Shown: positions 1 through 11,045 of the stretch, in pieces
Layout of the letters: each line of letters begins with the position of its first letter
Position numbering within the stretch: position 1 is the stretch's first letter
Source of the DNA: Fimbriosthenelais zetlandica
Lineage: Eukaryota
Assembly: GCA_977030845.1 (NCBI GenBank)
Contig: OZ365112.1
Span: forward strand, 22,506,001-22,570,000
DNA: 64,000 bases
Direction: 5' to 3'
The notes under the pieces: generated by a model
Databases searched by the model: none
What the model was told of the DNA's origin: nothing
The model's input: the letters and a program-made list of their open reading frames with translations, nothing else
Translations under genes and position numbers: made by a program

Positions 1-3000
1 ACAGGTTCGCCTGCATTGTGAATGTAGCCATCATCAATCATGGGTATTTTATCCTCATCAACAGGGGACGTTACCTGAGAGGTCTCTAAATGAACATTGG
101 TAGTTGTTACACATGGGTAACTTTCACTTTGACTATCTCCAATGATTTCTTGTGTAGAATCTTTCACTGGTAGTGGCGATACACGATCAGGGGGAGCATT
201 TTCTAGTTGACTGGCAGTCGGCAACTCATTTTTCAATTGATGAGATTGGCCTTTGAAAACGATACCACCCCTCAATCGTCGATCAACTGCAGGCCCTACC
301 TTTATTACTGGCCTGGATTCTATGGTTGGATTAAGCAAGACATCACCTTCAAATTGACCTTTAGGAATACTTTCAGGTGGCGGGACTTCTATCAGTGTAA
401 GTGGTGATTCTACCCTTTCTGTCACATTTGTGTGTCCACTGGTTTCTATATCTAGTCCCTCCTGACTTCTTCCCTTATCGATTTCCTTTGGAGGTCTCGA
501 TTTAAATGGTTCTGATTCTAATGCAGTCTGTCCAATCATTTGTTCCCTACTAGCCATCCGATGTTCTGCTTCCTCTCTCTCCAGTACCTGAACTAGATCC
601 TCCATTTTAGTACATATTTCAGAAATAGTTTCAGGAGATTTAGCACTATCTCTCGATGTCTGTTTTGATCGTTTTCTCCTGGGTTTGGGCTTGGGCGGAG
701 GCTCTGAAGACTCGTCTGTACTCTGAACTTCAGTCATTAATGAAGGGCCTTCCCTTCTATCAGTCATGCTATCATCTGTCTCATAGGCCTCGTTTACAAG
801 TCCCTGGTCAGATAGGTCATCAACAGAACGTCGGCTAACTAGGGGAAGACCAGTGTGGTCGATTTGTGGTGAAACTTGCATAGAAGAATAGCCCTTTGGT
901 TTATAATCCCTTACTGTTTTGCTTGATATCTCGTCAATCATTTTGGAGACTTCTTTCTTACCATTTCCTGACTTTACAATCAAGCCATAGGTACTGTTTG
1001 GGGACACAGTGGCAAGCCGTGTATTTTTCTCTGCGATGTCTGTATAAATAGGCTCTTTGGATGTGGCCTTAGTGTCAGAATCACTGCCGTGCATATCACT
1101 GACTACTTTGTGCTGGTGTCGTTTATTCAGTTCTGGCGTTACCAATACTCCAGGCTTTGCCTCATCATCAGCAGATCCCATTGCTGAGGGATCTCTTTCA
1201 AAAGCTCTCTGTTTTTTAAGTTTTGATCGTCTTGGCGGTCGTGGAGGAAAGCCAGCGAGATACCCTGGATCTGGTGAGAGTGGGCTCAGCTCAGGTGAGG
1301 TGGCACTGCTAGGGCTGAGCAAAGCTACTTCTGGTTCATCAAGATCTAGTTTTAATGAACCCAATGATGTGTTGATGTGCCTTTTTCTCCTGGGTGATGG
1401 CTGTATAAGGCACTCTGACTGACGAGCCCCCACTGTAGCACCATTTTCCTGCCTTTGACTTTCCACCCCTTCACCCTTTGCCTGCAAAGAAAAGAGTTTA
1501 TCACTTTGGGTAACGTCTTGATTTGGACACACTGACTCTCTACTTGATTGCACTAAATCGGTATCGAAATTATAATACTGTGAAACACCTGCATGATTTG
1601 CTAAAGGTGCAGCTTTTTTACCATCTTCCCATCTTTGCTTCCCATCAGTTCTCTTCATGGCATGTGGGGCCTTGGCAGAACCTGCTGCATTGGCCAGTCT
1701 CTGTTTTGAGGCAGCCCGTGAACGAGCTCTGCGAGGTGGGGGCACTGGGAATGGAGTAGATAGAGCAACACCTTCTTTGATAGGGCCATGTTTCTGTTTC
1801 GACTTTAGGTCCCCATCAGACTTACTAACAACCACTTTAGTTCCTGGGGTAAGTTTCTTATCAGACCGCCTCTCAGTACTCCGTCCTCGCCCCCCACCAT
1901 CTTTCCTTCGCTCAATGCTTCGGCTCTGATCACGCCTTCGTTGCTGACTAGTAGCATCAACTCGTTTGTCCTGACGGCCTCGGCCACTTCGAGACTCCCT
2001 GGCCCCAGCCTTATAAAGATTGTCATCAACAGTATTAGACCGCTGTCTTACTAACTGTTTCTCCTGAGCTTCTTTCTCAGCCAGGGCTCTTTTCACAAGC
2101 TCTGCATTCCTCTGTGCAGCAGACATACTGCTACTCCTATTGCCTTTTCTAGGTGGTGCTGTGGGGCTTTTTTGTGGTGTGGATTTAACAGATGACCTTT
2201 TAGATCTGGTTGGAGATTTGCCCTCATTTGTTATGTATTTCAATATATCAGGGGTCTTTATTTTGGGAGCTTTATCAAGAGATATCATTCTTTTAAGTTC
2301 TGGGGGGATATTGGGCCGTCGGGACCTTATACTACCACAGCAGAGGGCTGATAGGGGACCAGATGGAAAGTCATGAAGGCTATCACGGTGTATGTATTCC
2401 TTGTTTTTGGCTTTGTGAGAGCTCATTGAATAGTCAGACACCCTTGACCTGAGTGAACCTCCCCTTAATGAGGATTTTTCATCATAAGACACCTTGGATG
2501 ATATTGAGTACATGCTTCTCACTGTACTCGTTTTACTCATGGCATCATCTCTTTCCAGTGGCATATTAGAGCGGTGTGATCGGTGGGAAGACACTGGACT
2601 ATATTGGGACACAGCAGGATTTTCATTTTCATATTCTCTCCGAGATGAACCAGCTTCCTCAGGATAACCATTCACCTCTACAGAAGGCCAGTGAAGTCCA
2701 TAACCATCTGATGTACTTGGAAGTGTCGACTCCCCATCAGCATCATCATCACCGTTCTTTGCTTGTTCACGTTTCCTCTGTCTCTCCTGCTCTTCCTCAT
2801 CAAGCAGTGCTAATTCCAGAGGCAGACCTGTACGTAATCTATCAGCAAGCTTAGAAGCTTCAGTGTCTAACTGTAAAGGTTCATAAGTAACAGCCTCCTC
2901 GGAATTGGCCCTCCCCCACTCCTCAGGGGCATCGTTGGGTGACATGGCATACAAGTATGCACTCTCCCCAGGTCTCTGAGACAAAGCACTCCCCAGCTCT

Positions 3001-4738
3001 GCCCCTTCTAAATCTGCTACAGCATCTTTATTCACATCTGGTGCCTTATCTAAGGTCTTGAGCATGTCTTGCCTCCGTTTGTTTCGTTTATCATATAATT
3101 CCTTTTGTATTTTAGTCATATTCTGTTTTTGGTCTTCTTCCTCCTGCTTCATTTTTTCCTCAATTACTTTATCAAAGCTTTTTTCATTTTCTCGATCGTC
3201 ATCTATAGTGCGTTTCCTTATGGAAAAGAATTGTCTGCTTGCAAATTTCAGGTCATGGTCAAGGTCACCCGGTTTCACTGTAACATTCCTTGTTCCAAAT
3301 TTCGTCCTTTTATTATCCTCATCACCTGAACTGAGATCACTGTCTTCACTTTTATGAACATCTACTGTGATTCTCCCTGCTTGGAATCTTTGTCTCAAAT
3401 CTGTGTATATCCCACTAGGTTTATTTGCACCCACTGCAGAAGGCTGGCTCTTGAGAAAGCGTTCTTTCATAGCCAGCTCTTCTGGATTAGCTGTAAGCAA
3501 ATCTAAGCCAAGTTCTGTACCAAGTAGTTTTGGATCCAGTTTTTTTAATTGTTTCTTACCTGAGGTCCCCTTTTTCTTCCTATTTCTATGTGAGTCATTC
3601 TGCCCTTCATCAGAGACTTGGGGGTCCTCCTGGTGTCTCCTTTCCCTTTTTGTCTTCCTTTCTTTCTGACCATATTTCTGATCATAACTTTCCTGAGCAT
3701 TATATTTAGCTTTTGGGCGAGCCCCACCAAAAGCATCTTTTTTCCCTTTCTTCCTTGATTGGGGTTGTTTGAGTATACCATCTGTGGTAGACTTTCTTGT
3801 TCTATCTCTCTCGAGCTGAGCCAGTCTTATTCCATACTCATCACTAACTAGCTTGGTTCCAAACCTCACTTTCCTTTCTTCGTCCGAACCGTCATAATCC
3901 TCCGATTCCCCACCTTCTAAAGGGACCAGACAATCCTCAGCAGTCGGAGCACTTTCTACTGTACAGTCATATGGGAGGACGTGTACACCATAGGTTTGTA
4001 ACTCTGGAGAATGTTCTGGTGACTTCTCGGGTTTGGGCGGTTCAGGACGAGGTGGAAGTCTCTGAATTTCCAGTGTGGGATCACCCACTTTCATTAATGC
4101 ACGTCTAAGATGACCTACAGGCTCTTGCTCGATCTCATTGTCATCCTCTGCTGATGAGTAATCCTTGTATCTCCTCCCCCTCTTGTGATCCTCATCAGAG
4201 CCAGAGGCTACATACCCGTCATCCATACTATTTAATCTAGGAGGGGAGTTTCGTCTACCTGGTGGGGGCCACACAAAGCCTCTGTCGTCATAGTTGTTCT
4301 TGTTCATCAAAAACTCACGATATCGCTGCATTTCCTCTTCCCTTTGTCTCATGAGTTCTCTCTTTTCTGCTGCTAAAGCAATCTTTTTCAACTTCTCATC
4401 CTCAATTCGTTGTAGCTCACGACCTAGTTCCCTTTTGGCTTTCCTTTCTTTGGAAGCCTTTTTCTTCTTCTCTCTTTCCTCTTTGTCAGACAAATATAGA
4501 CTTGCCCTGCGGACTTCTAATTTTCGACGTGAATAGTCCCAATCACCACCAGATACCTCTTTTTCGCGTTCGGTAAGGTAGCTAGCAGCCTCCTGGGCCG
4601 CTGACTTCCTCCTGTCATACCGTTCTACTTCACCCGTGTTCCACTTTTTGTGTGTGTACACAGAACCATGGTGGTCAGCATGTTCCATGGCCTCCTGTTG
4701 TTCCTTTTCCCGGAGTCGGCGTCCGAAGACTGAGTTGC
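1..4738 (-). CDS. Giant internal coding exon (at least 1578 codons, open to the left window edge) of a large charged, low-complexity, probably disordered protein; nested gene or amphiphysin alternative exon
   Basis: Manual translation of the minus strand (codons starting at positions = 2 mod 3) gave no stop from 4736 to 1: NSVFGRRLREKEQQEAMEHADHHGSV...EEREKKKKASKERKAKRELGRELQRIEDEKLKKIALAAEKRELMRQREEEMQRY...IHNAGEP. Preceded by acceptor tgtatgctgtAG (phase 1). Missing from the ORF track, presumably because no stop falls inside the window. A run of plus-strand antisense shadow ORFs (1057-4536) is consistent with it. No domain recognised. Confidence 0.85.
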
Positions 4739-7055
4739 CTACAGCATACATTATTTCAGCAAATAAGTATATGATCTTCCAGAGAAATATCAGGAATATT
4801 GTGGATATCACATAAACACCTAGCTCATTTAAAAAGATTCCATCTGACATTAAAAATAAGTTATGTCATAGTGATGGAATAGTTCAATATCAATCGTAAT
4901 ATAGTTACTTGATTACTTTAGTGTGGAGTTGTGGATTATGTCCGTGTCACTGGAAAGTAGAGTTCTGTTGTCTCATTCAGGATGGTATAAATTCACACAA
5001 TAAGAGTAATCTCCTCTGAAACGGCTTCCACACATTTCATGCTTATTAATTGAGATATTAGTAAGTAATGGCCAGGGTTTATGGATTGGGAACACTGGTG
5101 AAGGAAGGAGTCAGGTGAAGGATGTCAGTAGTTTAGTATCCAGACTAGGTCAGCACAAAAAGTCATAAAGCTATACCCACCATTGACTCTTGAATTACGG
5201 TATCTGATGCACTGAATCAGCATCAAATGAGCTGAAATCACGTCTACACATTCACATGAGCAGATCAAGCGCCTGCGAAACCTACTGGTTAGTAGCAGTT
5301 TGCTCAACACAGTTCATAGCAAAGTTCAGTCAAGTCTAGCACAAGTCCATGTCTTAAATAATAGAAATACACCATGCCCAGGAGCATTAGAATAGTTCAA
5401 CAACAGCAACAGAAGCCATGCTCAGTAGATGGGTATCTGCAGGAAAGTATAATCAAATGAAGACTCATGCCAAGTGAGTGATAGGAAAGGACTCGGAAGA
5501 ACTCTGATTAGAGACAGAAGGACGATTAAAGGTAGTAGAGAAGCGTAACACAATATTTGGAATGTAATAAAATGCAAAACGGTTCAAGATGCTGGTTATT
5601 TTTGAACCACAAATACTAAGGGTAAGGTATTATTGGTGTCAAATAAAACTGTTTGCTGGTGGCGATCACACACACACTATCTCCCACAGTAGGTTGAGTG
5701 AAGAGCGTCCTTTATACCTACAAAGTAAAGCTTGATGTTTAATGTATTGTTTTTAACATGAGGACTCAAGACTCCCAGGTGTGCCTCCACATGTAGGTTG
5801 TAGATCAGAGAGCTGTATAGGCCAGCTCGAGGGTATCAACTCAAGAGCCCTCAAACTCCTCTCTCACAATGTTACTGCTCCAAAGCAGTGAGTTTAAATG
5901 AAGCTTTCCACACCTAATTGATTCCTTATTGTAAATTTAAATACTTCGTTATGAAGTTTCTTAACACAGTCCATGAAACGAAGCGATGATGTGATGTGGT
6001 CACTAACACGGTTTTTCTGTCTATCTCGTTTCAGGTTTCAGATGAATATGATGCACCACTGATGACTCACGAAGCATGAATATGAATTATCGTAATCATA
6101 TCATTGATTTTTCCATTACATCGGTTAGAGATATGCTATTCCTCATATTAAACCTGCAATTACTCCAACCAACAAGTCACGGTAGGGTGTCACGACCTCG
6201 ACCTGATCAAAATGCTAACAACCAAACGTACTGCTGAAGCAAAGTCACTGGACTCACAAACGAGCTTCCTCTGTATAGAGAAGATGCTTACAGAGTCTTG
6301 ATGGTTGTCAGGCTGAATAATTTTAAGAATTTTAATGTCCCCTCTCCTCCTGGTGACTTCCCCAACAGCTCTACCCTCTTCACCTACACAACTACTCCAG
6401 AGGTTCACCTTTATATGTATGTAAGTCCATGAGGGCAGCAGGGAGAGAGAGACTAATATACAGTTTAAAGCCCCAGGTTATAATCAGGCAAGGTAGCCAG
6501 TCCTGGTGACGCTTGGTGGGGGAGGAGGCCAGGGGCTCCAATCCCCCGGGTTAGCATGGGGCATCATGCCATGACAACATGAGATCAGGCCGTTATTACA
6601 AACTTCCAGCTGCATTGATCCTAAGTTGCTATAATTAGCTTGTACATTAAACTTATTGGCTGAGTGGCCTACGTGGGACTAGTCCATTTTAGGTTATCTC
6701 CCCTGAATTTGTCACGATCATAACAAAAGCGCGTAAATCTACCAGTTCTCAAGTTGGAATATACACGACGAAATAAGCAGCCATCGAAACGGGCCCCATC
6801 AGAGATTCAGCACAGGAGCAGGTGACTGATGTGTGTGACATTAACCCACTAATCTAGCAGGCACTAGGTGATGGCGGTGGTGGTGGTGGGGATGTGGGTT
6901 CAAGTCTTTACGTTACAGTCTGGCCCCACATCATAATGCACTGTCAAGTTATGGCTGCTTGTTATCCAAGATCCATCCACAAACTGTTTCCATTCCAGCT
7001 TAACCCTTTTATCTTAAAATCCACCACAGAGACCGCAGATGGTTAGCCACCTCAC

Positions 7056-7145
7056 ACACGTTGTGGACATGTGCTTCACGGTCTTGGGTCATGTTCAAGT
7101 ACTTCTCCTTCTTGTTAAAACCTTGTTTCGTGCGGCAGCCGGATG
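7056..7145 (-). CDS. Candidate 90-nt symmetric (phase 1-1) coding exon upstream of the giant exon
   Basis: ctgacctgttacttgtcggtAG | CA TCC GGC TGC...CAC AAC GTG T | GTgagg. Encodes SGCRTKQGFNKKEKYLNMTQDREAHVHNV and joins the giant exon in frame (...HVHNV-C-NSVFGRR). The other two frames contain stops. Confidence 0.5.
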
Positions 7146-8677
7146 CTACCGACAAGTAACAGGTCAGTTCCTTATGTGCAGGAAAAATTGGAAGTCAATC
7201 AATAATACCCTCCTCCTCCTCATCCTGTACTCTTCTGGTTGGTTTTTCACTCCATACATCTGTAATACAAGAAGAGCTATGGCACATCTACACTTGCTGA
7301 AACCAGCATTGGACCTTTAAACTGCCAGCCGGTACATCCACACCAACAAACCTACATACACATGTATACAAACTGGCACTGCTTATATCCCTCATACCTC
7401 CTACCTGCCCTGCCTCACTCAAACCTTTATATTCTTCATTATGTTCTGAGCTAACATAAAATGTCCATTATTGTACTTTATATATAGGCACTACATTAGA
7501 TTAAGCTGGGTTCGGTAAAGTTATACGGTATAAATTGGCCATAATAAAGCACATACATAAGGGTTGAGGCTATAATCGAATAAAAAATGCCATTGCCTAC
7601 TTTCGTGCAGGCTGACGCATCCTGCTGAACCAGGTCTGACTGGATGAGCCATTACTTCCTGTTCATAAAATGACAGACAATGTTCAAATCCATTCCTGCT
7701 GCCCAATCTAAATGCACGCCCATTCAGATGATCATTCTAGTGGCATAATGTAAGCCTCTGCCTGCAGGAGGGGTTGTTATAATCATAACAATTGCTTGGC
7801 TTGCATGATGCTTCACAGCAACCTGTTCTATAACGTGGAGTTAAAAATGTCCCACTCATCACTCAGAGTGACTGTCCATGATGTAGGCGACTACACAAAT
7901 CATGCATACAAAGTGAAGGCATCCATGCAAGAGTACCTTGGCCTTGGTATGTTTGTTTTTACAAAAATTGGTTCAACTAATTTGCAAGTCAGCATCATAC
8001 CATCTCAATTGTGAGCCTATTCTTCATTCAACACAGATTTCGGGTGTGTGCTTGGTCATAAGATCTATTAATACATAAAATTCTTTTGTGTCACAAACTT
8101 CAATATTACATTGGTCAGTTTCCTGAACTTGGACCAGAAGAAGTGGGCGTATACCTAAACCCAAATATTCGGCCTGACGGGTAGAAGATAGGCATTAGTC
8201 GCTGGTCATTATCTCATTAATACTCAGTATACAAGACGGGATTCCCATGGCGCCATCACAATTAGCAGGTCTGGAGTATTAATAATGAGCAGTGAGAGGG
8301 CCAAGCAGGAGGGCTATTGTCATACAGGACAAACATAAAGTGATCCCCCAAAACAAACACAGCACACTCTATACCCAGCATGACACACCATCAACCCAGT
8401 CCCAGCAATGAATTCATAAAACCAGATTCATACAGTCATTCTCATCTACCTTAAATCCATTAAACATTTCTTCACTGGTCCCCACACTGATGTAGTAATC
8501 AAATTTGTTGGCCAGTGGACCATAGGGGGTGAGACTAATTTGAAGAATGTCACTGTATAAAGGGAAATCGCATCAAGAGCGTAATCCACCCGTATATATA
8601 TAGATCTATTGTGGGATTGATTACATTTACATATCTATCTCTCTCTGCCAGTTTTCTAATCTTCCTATGTGAACTGG

Positions 8678-8691
8678 GTTGTCATGGCAAC
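8678..8691. promoter_or_regulatory. RFX X-box motif GTTGTCATGGCAAC
   Basis: Exact match to GTTRYYATGRYAAC. Confidence 0.55.
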
Positions 8692-10960
8692 CCACCATTT
8701 GCTCGTCTCTAGCTCTGTTTCCGCGGGTAGGGCTTTCCTGACCGAGGCTCATTTGTCTCACGCACAAGAAACATGTGAATTATCTACCTGTCATTATTCA
8801 AAATATACCTTATAAATAAAGAGCATATCACATTATGCCGTCTGTACATTTTGAATGACAGATCTATAGTATGCTTTATTTTTAGGAAACATGTGAAGGT
8901 TTCAAGATATGAAGGTTTCGAGATTCACATGATAAAAAATTGTCCATTAAAATATTGGGGAGATTGACCAGCCCATTAAACCTTTATAACATTAGTGACC
9001 TGAGCATGCTTGAGTTAGTGTAATGAACTCATATCATGGCATTATCCTGGCAGGACAGCCAGCAGAGATTTTTTGATTTAGTATCATGGGGGAGATGTCA
9101 ATCATGTCGTTGGTTACAGAGGGTTTGTTAGGCGGGTAGAGGCTTATCTCTGCCCGCCAGCCAGCCTCCTCTCTGCCGTGACCAGCTCACAATAGGAGCG
9201 CAGTGAGACCTATTCCCATACTCTACCACTGTTAACTTTAATCCCGAGCAAATTTGCTGAGTAAGATGCTATGTCAATCTTATGTTATATCAGACATTTC
9301 TAAGGTTAAACCTATACAGGTTATTATCAACTTATGCGAATATATATCGGGGACCAAAAATTAGAAAAAAAAATGGAATGTCAATGTCATTATTTTTGGA
9401 AGGCTAAATCGTAAAATAGTATGAGGTTATAAATGCTGGTTGCCCCCTATCAGATTCTAGGAATCGGTGCCTCCCCAACCTCAGTAACACAAGTAAAGGA
9501 TGTGGCAGAGAAGGAACTGCTTGAACAATGAGTAAGACTGAGTTCATACCAAGCTGTCGGAGCCACCGACATAAAGCTAATGGTCAATCAGTTTACCAAC
9601 CAAGTACAAAATCGGTACAAAAGGTTTAAATATGAACATAATTCACCTGTCTAAAGATTCAAGAAGTCATACCAAGGATACCAGCTTGCCAAGGATAAAA
9701 AGCAGAGCCAAATCCCCACAAAACCTTTCAGATAAATGAATTAAATGTAGGCTAAGTTGGCTGGCAGATTGAATTTAGTGCATTAACAACCAATAGCCTG
9801 TCCAGCAGAACTGATGGATGGTCATGACCGACGATCAATCTAGATTAATAAGTGTCACTTTTTAATCAAGATTCAATCAATGCCAATAACATTCCCCCAC
9901 ACCCTACACACAAACCCACACAGCCACTCACAGACACAAGTTAACTCACACATACAGGCTAATCAATAAAGGTCCAGAGCTGGTCCATCATATAGGTGTT
10001 CTGGTGTGAGGCTTTACTGACGGATCCACGTCAATATTTACACGTGCATTTTGTCACACCAGATAAAAACACCAAAAGTAGACCAAAAGGAAGATGTAAA
10101 GAAAAAATATGCCGAGAAGAGTAAAACAATCTAAATTGTATAATTGATACCAAAATGGATAATAAATTAGGTAATAAAAAGATTATACATAGCCTAAATT
10201 GACCGGGTGGTTTTGTCCTACAAGTATATGACTTTTATGAAGTTAAAACTGAACACAACTCAATATGTAAAAATAGAGAAAAGTGCCAATATGTGATAAA
10301 TGTATGGATTATCCATTTGAGGGGAGAAGGAGGTGTTACCAACCCGGTGGGTGTATGATTGGGGGAGCAGCAGGAGGAGGAGGAGGAGAGGTAAATCTTT
10401 CTGCTTGTTAAGACTCAGCCTGTCCTCCCTCTGTCCACAACACTCATCAAGCCTGATCCTCACACACCACTCATCTACAGACTCAGGCAATCACAGTGGG
10501 ATATGGTCTCCACATCTGCCGGCCTCCAGACGAGCTATCCTTGTGTGGTCACAATGTTATCCTCACTTAGTGTTAATCCTGGATGGAAGATGAGTCTGAG
10601 AGAAGGAGAAGGGAGAAGGTATTGAGGGTGGTAGTGGTGGTAGCAGCTCCTGTCAGTGCCTGTAGTTCTCTGTAGTAGCTCCAAGCAACAAGCTCTCCCA
10701 GCAGTCACAACATGAAGAGGTCCTAGGACAGCAAGCCACCACCACTATGATCCCACACCACCCACCACCACTACCACCACCACTACCACCGCCACACCAG
10801 CCTGTCCTTTACTCACTGTCCAGCTCAATGTAACTGTGGCAGGGGCCCTTTTAAAGGATAAATAATTTTTCCAGTCCTTCTTCTTCTCCCCCTCTTGTTT
10901 GAGCACCTGTCCCTTTCTTAGCTCGTATCCAGGTAGTTCTCAGGTTGAGGGGCTCATGGT

Positions 10961-11045
10961 GCTACCATGACAACATGACCTAGATAGGAAGGAGCTGGAG
11001 GAGCAGAAGGAGGAAGAGCTGCTCCTGTCTGGTTGCCATGGATAT
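10961..11045. promoter_or_regulatory. Pair of near-consensus X-boxes (GCTACCATGACAAC 10961-10974; GTTGCCATGGATAT 11032-11045) at a candidate internal minus-strand promoter
   Basis: Two X-box-like palindromes about 70 bp apart, just upstream (minus sense) of a GTGAGT donor at 10816-10811. Confidence 0.45.

Noticed and set aside
207-4536. Plus-strand ORFs in the track (for example 1057..1422, 3058..3357, 4294..4536) and short minus ORFs 1805..2029 and 3545..3781
   Set aside because: Antisense or off-frame shadows of the giant minus-strand exon; Ser/Leu/Phe-rich composition is typical of such shadows.
6258-6270. Possible 13-nt minus-strand microexon (ctctatacAG|AGGAAGCTCGTTT|GTGAGT)
   Set aside because: Not a multiple of 3, would frameshift the proposed phase-1 chain, and has no other support.
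8450-8552. Possible 103-nt minus-strand exon (DILQISLTPYGPLANKFDYYISVGTSEEMFNGFK)
   Set aside because: Weak donor (GTAGAT), phases do not fit the neighbouring candidate exons, and no recognisable homology.
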